A stretch of DNA of 64,000 nt, taken from an uncultured delta proteobacterium. Lineage in GTDB: Bacteria > Myxococcota > Myxococcia > Myxococcales > Myxococcaceae. A program made the translations under genes and the position numbers. The DNA lies in the NCBI GenBank assembly GCA_963771175.1, contig CAVYSY010000052.1, positions 192,001-256,000 on the forward strand, read 5' to 3'. The notes under the pieces were generated by a model. It had not been told where the DNA came from. It made no database searches and saw nothing but the letters and a program-made list of their open reading frames with translations. Position 1 is the first letter of the stretch. Every line of letters starts with the position of its first letter. Below are positions 1-10,350 of the stretch, piece by piece.

Positions 1-235
1 AGTGGAAGCGGGACACGGTGGGGTCATCGAGCGAGACGTCGTTGCTCGGGTGCGAGCCGATGGAGCACGCATCCGACACCGAGTCCCACACCGTGCCAGC
101 GCCGGGGCCCTCCACCACGGTGAGGAGGAAGCGACGGACCGCGGGCACGTCCGAGGGGCGCTGCACGTGCGCGTAGGGCCGCGTCACGTTGACGTCCTCG
201 GCGCCAGGGGCCACGCGGTCGATGGGGGGGGTCAT
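1..235 (-). CDS. FHA-domain protein, N-terminal part (probably a sigma-54-dependent activator); runs off the window
   Basis: Manual translation from ATG 235 gives MTPPIDRV...FLLTVVEGPGAG...CSIGSHPSNDVSLDDPTVSRFH, matching the FHA G-x...S-x-x-H pattern. Not in the ORF track because it is open-ended. Confidence 0.75.
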   Translation of the reverse strand, partial: MTPPIDRVAPGAEDVNVTRPYAHVQRPSDVPAVRRFLLTVVEGPGAGTVWDSVSDACSIGSHPSNDVSLDDPTVSRFH

Positions 236-461
236 GGCAGGACGTTATCACGACAGCCTCTCAACGGCCCGCGAGGTCGGAAGCTCGGGCTCAGGCCAGC
301 CGGGCGACGAGCTGCAGGACGCACCAGGTGCGGTGCCACCACTTGGAGTTCTTGTTCCAGCGGCGCTGGAAGTCGTTCCAGGCCTGGTGGCCGCCGGGCC
401 AGCCTCGTCGGTGGACGCGAGCGACGGAACGCGCGACGCTCGGCGCCGGAGGCCCACTGGG

Positions 462-803
462 ATGACGACACCTTCGAACAACGACGAGCGCTTCCATATC
501 GAGCTGCTCAAGCTGCTGCTGCACGTGGCCTGGAGTGATGACGAGGTGGACCCGCGCGAGGCCCGAGCGCTGCTCGGCGCGGCCCACCGCTGGAAGGTGC
601 CCGTGTCGGAGCTGCAGCGGCTGGAGCTCTGTCTGGACCAGGGCGAGCCCATGCCGGCGCCGAACCTGGGTCTGCTGCGCCAGCGCCCGGACGACGTGCT
701 CGCGACGGTGCGCACGCTCATCGAGAGCGACACCCACGTGAATCTCTCCGAGCAGGAGATGCTCTCCCAGATTCGCGAGCTGCTGGGCCTGCCCCCGGCC
801 TGA
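462..803 (+). CDS. TerB-like family protein
   Basis: LLKLLLHVAWSDDEVDPRE...LIESDTHVNLSEQEML resembles the twin A-D-G-x-x-x-x-E repeats of TerB folds; ATG at 462. Confidence 0.65.
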   Translation: MTTPSNNDERFHIELLKLLLHVAWSDDEVDPREARALLGAAHRWKVPVSELQRLELCLDQGEPMPAPNLGLLRQRPDDVLATVRTLIESDTHVNLSEQEMLSQIRELLGLPPA

Positions 804-812
804 GGCGGCGGG

Positions 813-1970
813 CTACTCGTCGAGCAGCGCCGACCAGAAGGTGACGAGCCGCCAGACGTCGGCCGCCGCCGCCTTCTTATCCATCTCGGCGTGGGTGATG
901 AGGGGCGTGAGCAGCGAATGCACCTCGGTCCGGGGTGCCAGCCAGCGCGCGAGGAGCTCGGACTCGATGGCGGGGATGACGGTGTCGTCCGTGCCATGCA
1001 GCAGGTAGACGGGCGAGGCCGGGGCTGGGGAGCGCTCGGGCGAGAGCGCGGGCTCCTGAGCGAAGGCCCGCGCGTGGGGCAGCAGCAGCGGGCCGAGCGT
1101 GGCGACGTCCCGCTCGTTCACGTACCTCATGAAGGTGGCCGAGGGCTCGGGCATCTCCGACTGCAGGCGCCGGGCCTCGGCGAAGGTGTCCTGGGCCCGC
1201 CGCGCGTCGTAGAGGGCGAAGTGCGAGGCGCGTAGGAAGGTGAGGAGGCCCGCGCGCAGCGTCTCCACCTGCTCGGGGGGAACGACCCGGTCGGTCACGC
1301 TCAGCAGGATGACGACCACGCCGTAGTCATGGGGCTTGCGCTGCTGGCCATCGGGCTGGACACCGGTGCACAGGAAGGTGAGCACGCGCTCGAGGTCCCC
1401 GTGCCCCCCGAGCGACAGGGTGAAGGAGACCTTGTCCCGGAGCTGGGGCCGTCCGGCGGCGACGACGGAGAGCCCACCGGCGAAGCTGATGCCCAGCAGC
1501 CCCACCCGTCCATCGGGCGCGAGCGCCGGCTGCGAGGCGGCCCAGAGCGCGGCGTCTTCAATCATGTCCGTCTCGCGCGGGGTGATTTGATAGCGCAGGA
1601 GGTCGGGCAGCTCGGGGGTGAGGACGGTGAGGCCCCCGGCGGCGAGGTCCCTGGAGAGCTTCACCAGCCGGGCCTCGTCGATGCCCTCCGCGTGCACGCC
1701 GGGCGTCACGAGGACGGTGCGTCCGCGGGGAGCCGCGGGCTGGTAGACACGGGCGCGGAGAGTCCCATGACGCGAGGGCACCTGCGTCTCCTGCTCGGTG
1801 ACGGGACCGGTGCGCCAGCGGGCGATGCGCTCGACGAGGCCACCCTTCAGGTCAGCGGCGCGGGCCACGAAGGAGAGGCCCCGGAGCAGGTCCGGGACGA
1901 CGAGCAGGGCGACGAGCAGCAGTCCCGCCAGGACGGCGAGGAGCATCACCCTCCAGGTGCGTGGGCGCAT
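813..1970 (-). CDS. Membrane-anchored alpha/beta-hydrolase fold protein
   Basis: N-terminal TM helix, nucleophile elbow GISFAGG, LLHGTDD and a C-terminal His. Confidence 0.75.
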   Translation of the reverse strand: MRPRTWRVMLLAVLAGLLLVALLVVPDLLRGLSFVARAADLKGGLVERIARWRTGPVTEQETQVPSRHGTLRARVYQPAAPRGRTVLVTPGVHAEGIDEARLVKLSRDLAAGGLTVLTPELPDLLRYQITPRETDMIEDAALWAASQPALAPDGRVGLLGISFAGGLSVVAAGRPQLRDKVSFTLSLGGHGDLERVLTFLCTGVQPDGQQRKPHDYGVVVILLSVTDRVVPPEQVETLRAGLLTFLRASHFALYDARRAQDTFAEARRLQSEMPEPSATFMRYVNERDVATLGPLLLPHARAFAQEPALSPERSPAPASPVYLLHGTDDTVIPAIESELLARWLAPRTEVHSLLTPLITHAEMDKKAAAADVWRLVTFWSALLDE

Positions 1971-2909
1971 TCAGTCCCAATGCCAGGAGAAGTTCACCCA
2001 GGGCAAGGGGAAGGGAAGGCCCGTCGCATAGGCTCCGCCGAGGTCCACCGTCCAGCGCTCGCCGAGGACCCGCAGGCCCACCGAGTTGACCAGCGTGGGG
2101 ACGTAGCTCGGGCCCAGTAGCACCCAGTGCTCGGTGACGCCGGCCAGCCGGTCCGTCAGCCGGAGGGAGCCGCCGAGCGACCCGGCAACGAGCTCCCCCA
2201 TCCGATGGCCCCCTCTGTAGAACTCGAAGGGGACCCCCGCGCTCAACGTGAGCTGCGCGTCCGCGGTGCCATAGGTGGCGGCCCCATAGACGAGCCCGAA
2301 GGTCGACGGCGCGATGGGCAACACGGCCGCCTCCACGCCCACGGCCAGATGGAAGCGCTCCGACACCGAGCCCCCCACCTTCAACCCGCCCGCCACGTGG
2401 ATGAAGCGCTCGTCCACCGCGAACAGGGGCAGCACGCTGCCGACCGACACCGTGACGTGGTCCGTCACCCCCAGCGACACCATGGTGAGGAAGAGCTCCC
2501 GCTGGCTGAAGAAGCCCTCGCCGCCGCGCAGCATCAGCGCGCTGTTGCCAAAGAAGTAGCGGGTCCGGCCGCGGTCGGCGAAGCGCACCTGGCCGCCCTT
2601 CGTCACGCGGGCGTCACGCTCCTCGTCCACGCGCTCCACCGCCTCGGCGGGCAGCGTCAGCCGCGAGCCCCCGGACACCTCCAGGACCACGCCATCCGTG
2701 TCATGGCGCACCACCTTTCCGACCAACACCTGCCCGTCCTTCAACGTCACCCGGGACAACCTCTCCTCGGTGGCCTCGGCGGGAGGAGGCGCGACCTCGG
2801 CCTGCTCCGTCTCCTCGGAGGGAGCGACGGGGGTGGGTCCGCCCTCGGGTTCGGCGGCGCGGGCCACGGGAGCGAGCAGCAACAGGGCGGCGAACAGTGG
2901 GCGGAACAT
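1971..2909 (-). CDS. Secreted/outer-membrane hypothetical protein
   Basis: Signal peptide MFRPLFAALLLLAPVARA, beta-strand-rich body, aromatic C-terminus (VNFSWHWD); abuts the hydrolase start. Confidence 0.65.
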   Translation of the reverse strand: MFRPLFAALLLLAPVARAAEPEGGPTPVAPSEETEQAEVAPPPAEATEERLSRVTLKDGQVLVGKVVRHDTDGVVLEVSGGSRLTLPAEAVERVDEERDARVTKGGQVRFADRGRTRYFFGNSALMLRGGEGFFSQRELFLTMVSLGVTDHVTVSVGSVLPLFAVDERFIHVAGGLKVGGSVSERFHLAVGVEAAVLPIAPSTFGLVYGAATYGTADAQLTLSAGVPFEFYRGGHRMGELVAGSLGGSLRLTDRLAGVTEHWVLLGPSYVPTLVNSVGLRVLGERWTVDLGGAYATGLPFPLPWVNFSWHWD

Positions 2910-3035
2910 GGGCCTCCTCGGAGGTGGGAACGCCGGGGAGGTTGCACGCTCCGGGCCAGGAAAGGCGAAGGGCCAGACCCGCCGGGGCATCCGCGCCCCG
3001 CGAGCCTGGCCCCTGGGAGCCCTCTCGGGCCCGAC

Positions 3036-3746
3036 TCAGCCGTTGATGATGCGCTTCAGCTCGGCCTTGTCGCTGGAGAACTGGAAGGCGTTGTAGAGCT
3101 GGAAGGAGTTCTGCCGGTCGAGGACTCGCGACCACATCACCCGCACCGCATCCAGCCGATCCTTGGAGAACTGGAACTGGGGCAGCACCTGCAGCACCTG
3201 GTTGACGGTGAAGTAGTTGTTGCCGACGGCGCCCTCGAGGACGTTCATCTTGTCATCGCCGAAGGGCTCGCGGGACATGGCGTGCATGATGCGCTGCAGC
3301 TCGCGATCCGCGATGGGCTGGTACACCGGAGCCGGGGGCGGGGGCGGAATGGGCGAGGGCGGCGAGGGACGCGGGTTGTTGTAGCCACGCGCCTCGGGGG
3401 CATCGGCGAGCACGTCGCGGATGTCGTTCAGCTCCTCGTAGGCCTCGCGCAGCTTGCCCTTGCCATGGCCACGACCGTTGCTGCGCTCGAAGGCGTCGCC
3501 GAGCAACTGCTCCAGCCGGGCGAGGCGCTGCTCCAGGTCCCCGCGATCCACCACCACCAGCATGCCGCGCCGGCCGCGCCGGAACTCGTTGTCGTCGTCG
3601 CCACCCCGGAACGACGGGGACGCGGTCGGGGGCTGGGTGCCCACGGCCTGGCCCGGGGGCGGAGTCATGGGCTGAGAGGTCTGGGCGGAAGCGGTGACGG
3701 CGGTGAGCAGGGCGACGGCGGCGAAGAGGGCCTTCATGGGGTTCAT
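3036..3746 (-). CDS. Secreted DUF4476-like protein
   Basis: Signal peptide, Pro-rich linker, C-terminal EPFGDDK...FTVNQV..VL..FQFSKDRL...FQFSSDK. Confidence 0.7.
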   Translation of the reverse strand: MNPMKALFAAVALLTAVTASAQTSQPMTPPPGQAVGTQPPTASPSFRGGDDDNEFRRGRRGMLVVVDRGDLEQRLARLEQLLGDAFERSNGRGHGKGKLREAYEELNDIRDVLADAPEARGYNNPRPSPPSPIPPPPPAPVYQPIADRELQRIMHAMSREPFGDDKMNVLEGAVGNNYFTVNQVLQVLPQFQFSKDRLDAVRVMWSRVLDRQNSFQLYNAFQFSSDKAELKRIING

Positions 3747-3923
3747 CCTTCTGGGAAATGACGTTGCTGCATCTGCCCACTCAGACGGGAGGAGGGCGTC
3801 CGCATTCAAACGCTCGGCATTCTGCCCCCCGGACGGTGCATCCCGCACCTGGACGCCCCGGACGTCCAAGTCCCTGGAAGGACTCGGGTTTGCCCCGGGC
3901 CCGGCCTTGCAGGGGGAGCGGGC

Positions 3924-4792
3924 ATGACGACTCTCTCCCACCCTTCCCATCCCCTTCCGAGCGCCCGCGGCCTGTCCCTCCGGACCTGGTTCAAGGGACT
4001 GCGCTCCTCTCCGGCCTGCTGAGCTTCGCCAGCTTCTGTGGCCTCACCGTGCTGTTCTACGAAGGCTCACTCGACGCCGCCGGCATGCTCGAGGCCTTCT
4101 CGGAACTGGACCCCGCGGCGGGCCGGATTCCCCTGCCCCTGATTCTCGCGAGCCTCCTCTTCGTGGGCGCGGCGCTCGGCCGCTGGCAGCACCAGCAGAT
4201 GTGGCGCATGGAGCAGCGGGGCAGGGAGTTGCTCCAGGCGGGAAGACCCGAGGCGGCCATCCGTGACCTCGAGGTGGCGGCCTCCTGCGGGAGTGAAGCC
4301 CAGCGGGCGGAGAGCCTCCACGGGCTCGCGCTCGCGTGGCTGCGCATGAGGGACATCGAGCGCGCCCTCTCGTTCGCGAGCCGGTCCGGGGAACCTGCCG
4401 CGATGGCGCTCGTGCTGGCGCTGGACGGCGAGCTGGAGCAGGCCAGGACGTGGGTGCAGGAGATCGAACGCCCCATTCTCGGCAAGACGGACCACGCGCT
4501 GCTCGCGCAGGCGGTGATTTTCTGCCGGGAGGGGCTGTACGTACTGGCGGTGAAGCGCATCCAGCGCACCGCGAGGGAGCACGTCCCAGTGATGGATGTG
4601 GGCGCGGTGGGCGTCATCCACGCCTTCGCGCGGAGCCGGCTGGGAGGGCAACTGGTGCCGCTCAAGCCGGGGTGCGTGCTGCCCGAGAAGCCCGGCCGGG
4701 GCTCCGGGTACGAGTACCTCGGGCAGGCGTGGCCCGAGCTCGCCGCCTTCCTGCGGGGCGAGGACGCGCCGACCGGGGCCCGCGAGGCGTGA
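3924..4792 (+). CDS. Membrane protein with TPR-like helices (one apparent frameshift near 4000)
   Basis: RBS plus ATG at 3924 gives MTTLSHP...TWFKGL, continuing in the long ORF frame ALLSGLLSF. Two TM segments, then TPR-like helices. Confidence 0.55.
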
Positions 4793-5601
4793 CTACTCCT
4801 TCACCGCGCCGGCGGTGAGCCCGCTGACGATGCGCCGCTGGAAGAGCACCGTCAGCACCACCAGCGGCAGCGTGGCGACCACCGAGGCGGCGGCGATCTC
4901 GCCCCAGGGCTCCTTGTGCTCGCTGGCGAAGAGGCTGATGGCCACCGGCACGGTGCGCTTCTCCGGCGAGGACAGGAAGGTGAGCGCGTAGAGGAACTCG
5001 TTCCACGCGAAGATGAAGACGAGGATGGCGGTGGTGGCCAGCCCCGGAGCGGCGAGCGGCAGCAGCACCCGCCAGAAGGCCCCGAAGCGGCGTGCACCCG
5101 TCCACCCGCGCCGCCCGGTACAGCTCGTCCGGGAGCTGCCGGAAGAAGGACGTGAGAATCCACAGCGTGAGCGGCAGCGCGAAGGTGGCGTAGGGCAGCA
5201 CGAGCCCCACCAGCGTGTCGCGCAGGCCCACCGCGCGCAGGATGAGGTAGAGCGGGCTCACCGTGGCGATGGGCGGGAACATGGACACCGCGAGCGCCGC
5301 GGCCAGCAGCAGGCCGCGCCCGCGGAACTCCAGCTTCGCCAGGGCGAACGCCGCCGACGCGCCCACCGCGAGGCAGAACAGCGTGGTCAGCCGCGGCCAC
5401 CAGCAGCGAGTTGAACACCACGCGCAGGAAGGGGCGGCCCCACAGCACGCTCGCGTAGTTGTCCAGGGTGAGGGTGCTCGGCAGCGGCCGGGTGAGCTCG
5501 ACCGTCCGGCCACAGCGAGGTGAGCACCTGCCAGAAGAACGGCCCGAGGAAGAAGGTGAGGAAGGCCACCGTCGCCAGCCACAGCACCCGGACCGCTTCA
5601 T
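4793..5601 (-). CDS. Carbohydrate ABC transporter permease (MalG-like), several apparent frameshifts
   Basis: LPDELYRAARVDG EAA loop and FIFAWNEFLYALTF; ATGA overlap with the upstream permease. Confidence 0.85.
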
Positions 5602-6483
5602 CGCCGCCCCTCCTGTCCCGAGCAGCCGCATGTACACGAGGCTCAGCCCCACCACGCACAGGAAGGTGGCCACCGACAGCGTCGAGCCGTAGCCGAAGTT
5701 CCCCGCGCGCATCAGCGTCTTGTACGCGTAGATGCTGAGCGTCTCGGTGGTGTTGGCGGGGCCGCCCTCGGTCAGCACGTAGATGGCGTCGAAGACGCGG
5801 AAGGCGTCCAGCGTGCGGAACAGCAGCGCCAGCAGGATGGCGGGCTTGAGCAGCGGCAGCGTGATGGACGCGGAACGATGCGCCAGGGCGACGCGCCGTC
5901 CACGCGCGCCGCCTTGTAGAGGTCCTCGGGAATGCCCTGCAGGCCCGCGAGCAGCAGCAGCGCCACGAAGGGCGTCGTCTTCCACACGTCCACCAGGATG
6001 GCCGCGTGCAGCGCGTACCCCGGCGCGCCCAGCCAGTTGATGTCCGCCGCCCGGCAGCAGCCGGTTGATGAGCCCGTAGTCCGGGTTGAACAGCCACGCC
6101 CACAGCTTCGCGCTCACCACGGTGGGGATGGCCCACGGCATCAGCACCGCGGCGCGCAGCACGCCCCGCCCCGGGAAGCGCGCGGTTGAGCAGCAGCGCC
6201 AGCGGCACCGCCAGCAGCAGCTCCACCGCCACCGCCACCGCGCGTGAAGTAGGCCGTGTTGCCGCAGCGCGCCCCAGAAGCGCGCGTCGCCCAGCAGGAA
6301 GGCGTAGTTGTCCAGGCCCGACGAACCGCCGCTCGCCGAAGACGAGGACGAGCCGCTGCAGGCTCAGCCACACCGCCGCGAGGATGGGGTAGAGCGCCAC
6401 GCCCACCGAGCACCGCCACCGACGGGCGCCACCAGCAGGTACGCCTGCCTCCGCTCGCGCAGCAGCGAGCCCGTCGCCTTCAT
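5598..6483 (-). CDS. Carbohydrate ABC transporter permease (MalF-like), several apparent frameshifts
   Basis: [54 protein letters not shown] spread across frames. Confidence 0.85.
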
Positions 6484-7791
6484 CGTGCCTTCTCCGGAAG
6501 GGCTCGACTGCCCGGTCAGGTGGTCCACCTGCCGCTGCGCCTGCGCGCAGCGCCTCCTCGGGCGAGCGCATGCCCGCGACGGCCGCGGAGAACTCGCTCT
6601 GCAGCACGTCCGAGAGCAGCGTGTAGTAGGGCGTCACCGGCCTCGGCCGCGCGCGCTCCACCATGCTGCAGCAGGTTGGCGATGAAGGGCACCGCGCTCC
6701 ACCAGCCTCGGGTCCTCGTAGACCGCGCGGCCGCGGCGGGTTGCGCCCGTAGGCAGCGCGAGCTTCACGTTGGCCTCCGGCGAGGTGAGGTGCGCGATGA
6801 GGCGCTCGGCGCGCGCGCCGCGGCGTCTCCGGACGACGTGCGCGTTCACCGCGAGCTGCCAGCCGCCGAGCGTCCCCGCGCCCGGCTCGCCGCTCACCGT
6901 GGGCAGCGCGGCGACGCCCACCTTCCCGCGGATGGGCGAGTCCGGCTTCTGCGCCTCGCTCCCACGCGTAGGGCCAGTTGCGCATGAAGACGGCGCGGCC
7001 CTCCTGGAAGACGCGCCGCGCCTCCTCCTCGGCGGCGGACGGTGACGCCCGGCGGCGAGATGCCGCTCGCGAGGAGCCCGCGCAGGTAGGCGAGCGCCTC
7101 GCGCGCCGGCTCCGTGGTCGAGCAGCAGCCGGCCCCGCGCGTCCATCGCCTGGCCGCCGTGGCCCCAGATGGCCTCGTAGACGTTGCAGTTGAGCCCCTC
7201 GTACTGCCGGCCCTGCCACACGTAGCCCTGCAGCCGGGGTGCCTTCGCCATCGCCTCGCGGGCGAACCGCTGGAGCTCCTCGTAGGTGCGCGGCGCCCGG
7301 GGCACCAGGTCCGTGCGGTAGTAGAGGACGCCCACGTCCACGTACCACGGCACCGCGTACGTGCTTGCCCGCCCACCACCACGGCCTCCACCGGGCCGGG
7401 GAGGAACTCCTCGCGCAGCCGCTCGGGCGGGAAGGCGCTCGGAGAGGTCGGCGATCCACCCGGCGCGGGCGAACTCGGGCACCCAGACGACGTCCACCAC
7501 CAGCACGTCGAAGTCGTCGCGCGCCGCCCTCCAGCGCGGTGAGGAAGAACTGGTGCGCCACGTCCGACGCGTTGGGCAGCGTCTCGGTGACGAGCTCGAC
7601 GTCCGGGTTGTTCGCGCTCGGAACTCCGTCGAGCAGCTCGCGGAAGGCCGCCGGGTCTCCCCAGCGGCTGGTACTTGAAGACGAGGGGCACCTTCCCCGG
7701 GCGCCGCGGCGGGCTCCGCTTTCCGGCGGCACCCCGGCACGCTCCACAGGACGAGCCCCAGCACGAGCACGGCGACGAGCGGGCGGCGCAT
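6480..7791 (-). CDS. Sugar (trehalose/maltose-type) ABC substrate-binding lipoprotein, heavily frameshifted
   Basis: Lipoprotein signal ending VPGC; DVVWVPEFARAGW, YVWQGRQYEGL, AVFMRNWPYAW, TLGGWQLAVN, RPRPVTPYY. Confidence 0.85.
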
Positions 7792-7919
7792 AGGCCTCGG
7801 ATGAGCCCACCTCCCCCGGTGGAGGGTCAAGGCAAGCCCTCCGGTTCGAGTCCAGGGTGTCCGGGAGCACACCGCTCGCGCCTCCAGAGTGTCAGCCTGT
7901 CTCCGGTACACTGCCGCGC

Positions 7920-8354
7920 ATGCGCTCCGGCCCCTCCGCCTCCACACCGCTTCCCCTCGCGCGGAGGCGGCTGTGGCTCCTGCCCCTGATGCTCCTCGTC
8001 ATCGCCCTGGGCCTGGGCTCGCGCTCCCCGGCGGCCGCCGCGCACCTGCCCCGCTTCCTCACCGCCTACGCGGGCGACACGCTGTGGGCCTCCATGGTCT
8101 ACCTGTGCCTCCTCTTCGCCCTGCCGCGCCTCTCCGTCCGCCACGCGGCGGCCTGGGCCCTGGGGCTCTCCGTGCTCGTCGAGCTCAGTCAGCTCCTGCA
8201 CACGCCCTGGCTCGATGCGCTCCGGGCCCACCGCCTCGGCGCGCTCGTGCTGGGCCGGGGGTTCCTCTGGTCCGACCTGGTCTGCTACGCGGCCGGCGTG
8301 GGGCTCGCCGCGGGCACGGACGCTCGCGCGGCAGCGAGCGGCTCCAGCACCTGA
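7920..8354 (+). CDS. DUF2809-like membrane protein
   Basis: YAGDTLWASMVY, VELSQL, LGALVLGRGFLWSDLVCY. Confidence 0.8.
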   Translation: MRSGPSASTPLPLARRRLWLLPLMLLVIALGLGSRSPAAAAHLPRFLTAYAGDTLWASMVYLCLLFALPRLSVRHAAAWALGLSVLVELSQLLHTPWLDALRAHRLGALVLGRGFLWSDLVCYAAGVGLAAGTDARAAASGSST

Positions 8355-8628
8355 GCCCTCTCACTGCCGGCGCCAGGGACCCGCCTGCCCGTCCGCCGCC
8401 CCCCCTCTTTCCCGGGAGTCCCTCGTGGGGCGGAATGTCCGGAACAGGGCCAGCCCTGGAAGTGTTTTGTGATGGATCGTAGCCTCACGCGCGATGTCCA
8501 GAAAGCGGCTCGGGAGGGTTTCCCGACTCGACTTCCCGACCTAGCGGGTGTACGCCCGATCGTCGCTCCTGGCGTGAGCGAGCAATTTGGGCGATGAACG
8601 CCCTGCTGAACGAGAAAGAAGCAGAAAC

Positions 8629-8835
8629 ATGGCAAGTGGTACCGTGAAGTGGTTCAATGATGCGAAGGGCTTTGGCTTCATTACCCAGGACAGCGGGGGC
8701 CCTGACGTGTTCTGCCACCACACCGCGATCCAGTCGGATGGATTCCGCACCCTGGCCGAGGGTCAGAAGGTGGAGTTCGACGTGAAGAAGGGCCCCAAGG
8801 GTCTGCAGGCCGAGAACGTCCGTCCGATCGGCTGA
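8629..8835 (+). CDS. cspA: Cold-shock protein
   Basis: [18 protein letters not shown]...DVFCHHTAI...[11 protein letters not shown] (RNP1 and RNP2 motifs). The exact paralogue letter is uncertain. Confidence 0.97.
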   Translation: MASGTVKWFNDAKGFGFITQDSGGPDVFCHHTAIQSDGFRTLAEGQKVEFDVKKGPKGLQAENVRPIG

Positions 8836-8865
8836 TTCGCTCGCGCGTCCCTACCTTTAGCTGAC

Positions 8866-8901
8866 GAGGCCCGGCCTCCCATGAGGCTGGGCTTCTTTTT
8901 T
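8866..8901 (+). terminator. Intrinsic terminator after csp
   Basis: GAGGCCCGGCCTC-ccat-GAGGCTGGGCTTC hairpin followed by T6. Confidence 0.85.
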
Positions 8902-8922
8902 ACATTCTTCCCCGGAGTACGC

Positions 8923-9105
8923 ATGCAGGGACGATCCACGAAGCGACAGAAGGAAATGGCACGCCAGCAGAAGCAGCGTGACAAGGAGGCCAAGAAGGCC
9001 GAACGCCAGCGCGAGAAGGATGGGCGGCCCACCCGCCAGCCTGGAGACGAGGATCCGGACATCGCCGGCATCGTTCCTGGCCCTCAGCCGCCCCTCGAGA
9101 TGTGA
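8923..9105 (+). CDS. Small charged hypothetical protein (60 aa)
   Basis: GGAG RBS; MQGRSTKRQKEMARQQKQRDKEAKK...EDPDIAGIVPGPQP; followed by its own hairpin. Confidence 0.7.
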   Translation: MQGRSTKRQKEMARQQKQRDKEAKKAERQREKDGRPTRQPGDEDPDIAGIVPGPQPPLEM

Positions 9106-9134
9106 AGCGGGCGAATGAACGCCTGCACGCCCTC

Positions 9135-9174
9135 GGGCCTGGAATCGCGAGCGATTCCGGGCCCTTCGTCTTTC
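9135..9174 (+). terminator. Probable intrinsic terminator
   Basis: GGGCCTGGAATCGC-ga-GCGATTCCGGGCCC followed by TTCGTCTTT. Confidence 0.65.
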
Positions 9175-9274
9175 TGAAGCCCCCCCCGCCCCTTGCCCCT
9201 CCACCTGTCCGACGCCATGCATTGAGCCTGTGACATGGCGGGAGGCGGTGCGAGGCCGCGCTCGAGAGGAGAGG

Positions 9275-9679
9275 ATGATGGGCAAGGAGGAAGAGCGCGC
9301 CCACGGCGCACTCGGGGAGTTCGAGGCCAGCAAGCCCGGCCAGACGAAGCACGTCTTCGACGAGCCAGCCACGCTCCGGGAGCCCGCGGCGCCTCGCGTC
9401 CCCCGGGTGATGCAGCCCTCGGCCGTGTCGGTCATCCCCCTCCCCAACGAGGAGCAGGCCCGCCCCACCGAGCCGCCCGCGACGCTCCAGGAGGCTTGTG
9501 AGGCCACTGACGCGCTGCTCCACGACATCCTCGAGGAAGACGAGGCAGGGGCCCCGGCAGCGCCCCCCAAACGGACTCCGGGCCAGTCCCCCCAGGAAGA
9601 GGACTGGCCCTCGGAGTCTGCACTCCATCTACCTGCCAGAAGACTGACGCAACCAGTCGTCCTGCTTCAGTCGCGCTGA
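9275..9679 (+). CDS. Acidic/Pro-rich hypothetical protein
   Basis: AGGAGAGG RBS before ATG; low-complexity product with no recognisable motif. Confidence 0.45.
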   Translation: MMGKEEERAHGALGEFEASKPGQTKHVFDEPATLREPAAPRVPRVMQPSAVSVIPLPNEEQARPTEPPATLQEACEATDALLHDILEEDEAGAPAAPPKRTPGQSPQEEDWPSESALHLPARRLTQPVVLLQSR

Positions 9680-9757
9680 CGCTCGTCCACGTCGCCCCGA
9701 CCGTCCTGGCCGATGCCACTCGGCGCCGTCTGCTCCTTCGGAGCCGACTGGAAGCCC

Positions 9758-10020
9758 TCACGGGTGCTGACCCACGCCCTCCCAGCGGGTGGGCACCACG
9801 GACGCGACGATGCGGAGCAGCTCGTCCAGCTCGAAGGGCTTGCTCAAGCACGCCACGGCGTCGACCTCCCGCGCGCGCCGCTGCGCGTCCTCGGCCGCCG
9901 TGCACACCACGATGGGAGCACGGCGACCGTGGCCGTCGGCGGAGCTCCGCCGCGAAGGTCCACCCGTCCATCACCGGCATGCGCATGTCGAGCAGGATGA
10001 GGTCCGGCACCTCGGCCGCC
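9758..10020 (-). pseudogene. Response-regulator receiver domain, 5'-truncated and frameshifted
   Basis: PDLILLDMRMPVMDGW...PIVVCTA...LSKPFELDELL; the N-terminal acidic-pocket strand is missing. Confidence 0.8.
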
Positions 10021-10061
10021 ACCACACACAGGTCACGGAGAATCCCGTTAGCGTGGGCTGG

Positions 10062-10327
10062 ATGAACCTCCTGGCCCCGAAGCGGGGAGTAGCGCTCCTC
10101 GGATTGCTGCTGACCGCGTGTGCCACCTCAGCGCCCGCCGTGTATGAGGACGACCTCGGAGCGCCTGACGTCGTGCACTCGTGGGAGGAGGCGCGCACGG
10201 ACCCGAGCTGCGTCGTGCCCCTGTGCGACGCGGAGCGCTGTGCACCACCGCGGACCCCGTCTTCGAGATTCCTGGCACAACTGGAAGGGGAGTGATGGGC
10301 CCGCTCGTGCCCTACTATTGCGACTGA
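10062..10327 (+). pseudogene. Internally deleted SitA6-type toxin lipoprotein copy
   Basis: Matches 12594-12775, then about 12939-12984, then about 13290-13325 of the intact copy; the toxin domain is removed. Confidence 0.85.
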
Positions 10328-10350
10328 GGAGAGGGGCTGGAAACCCACGT

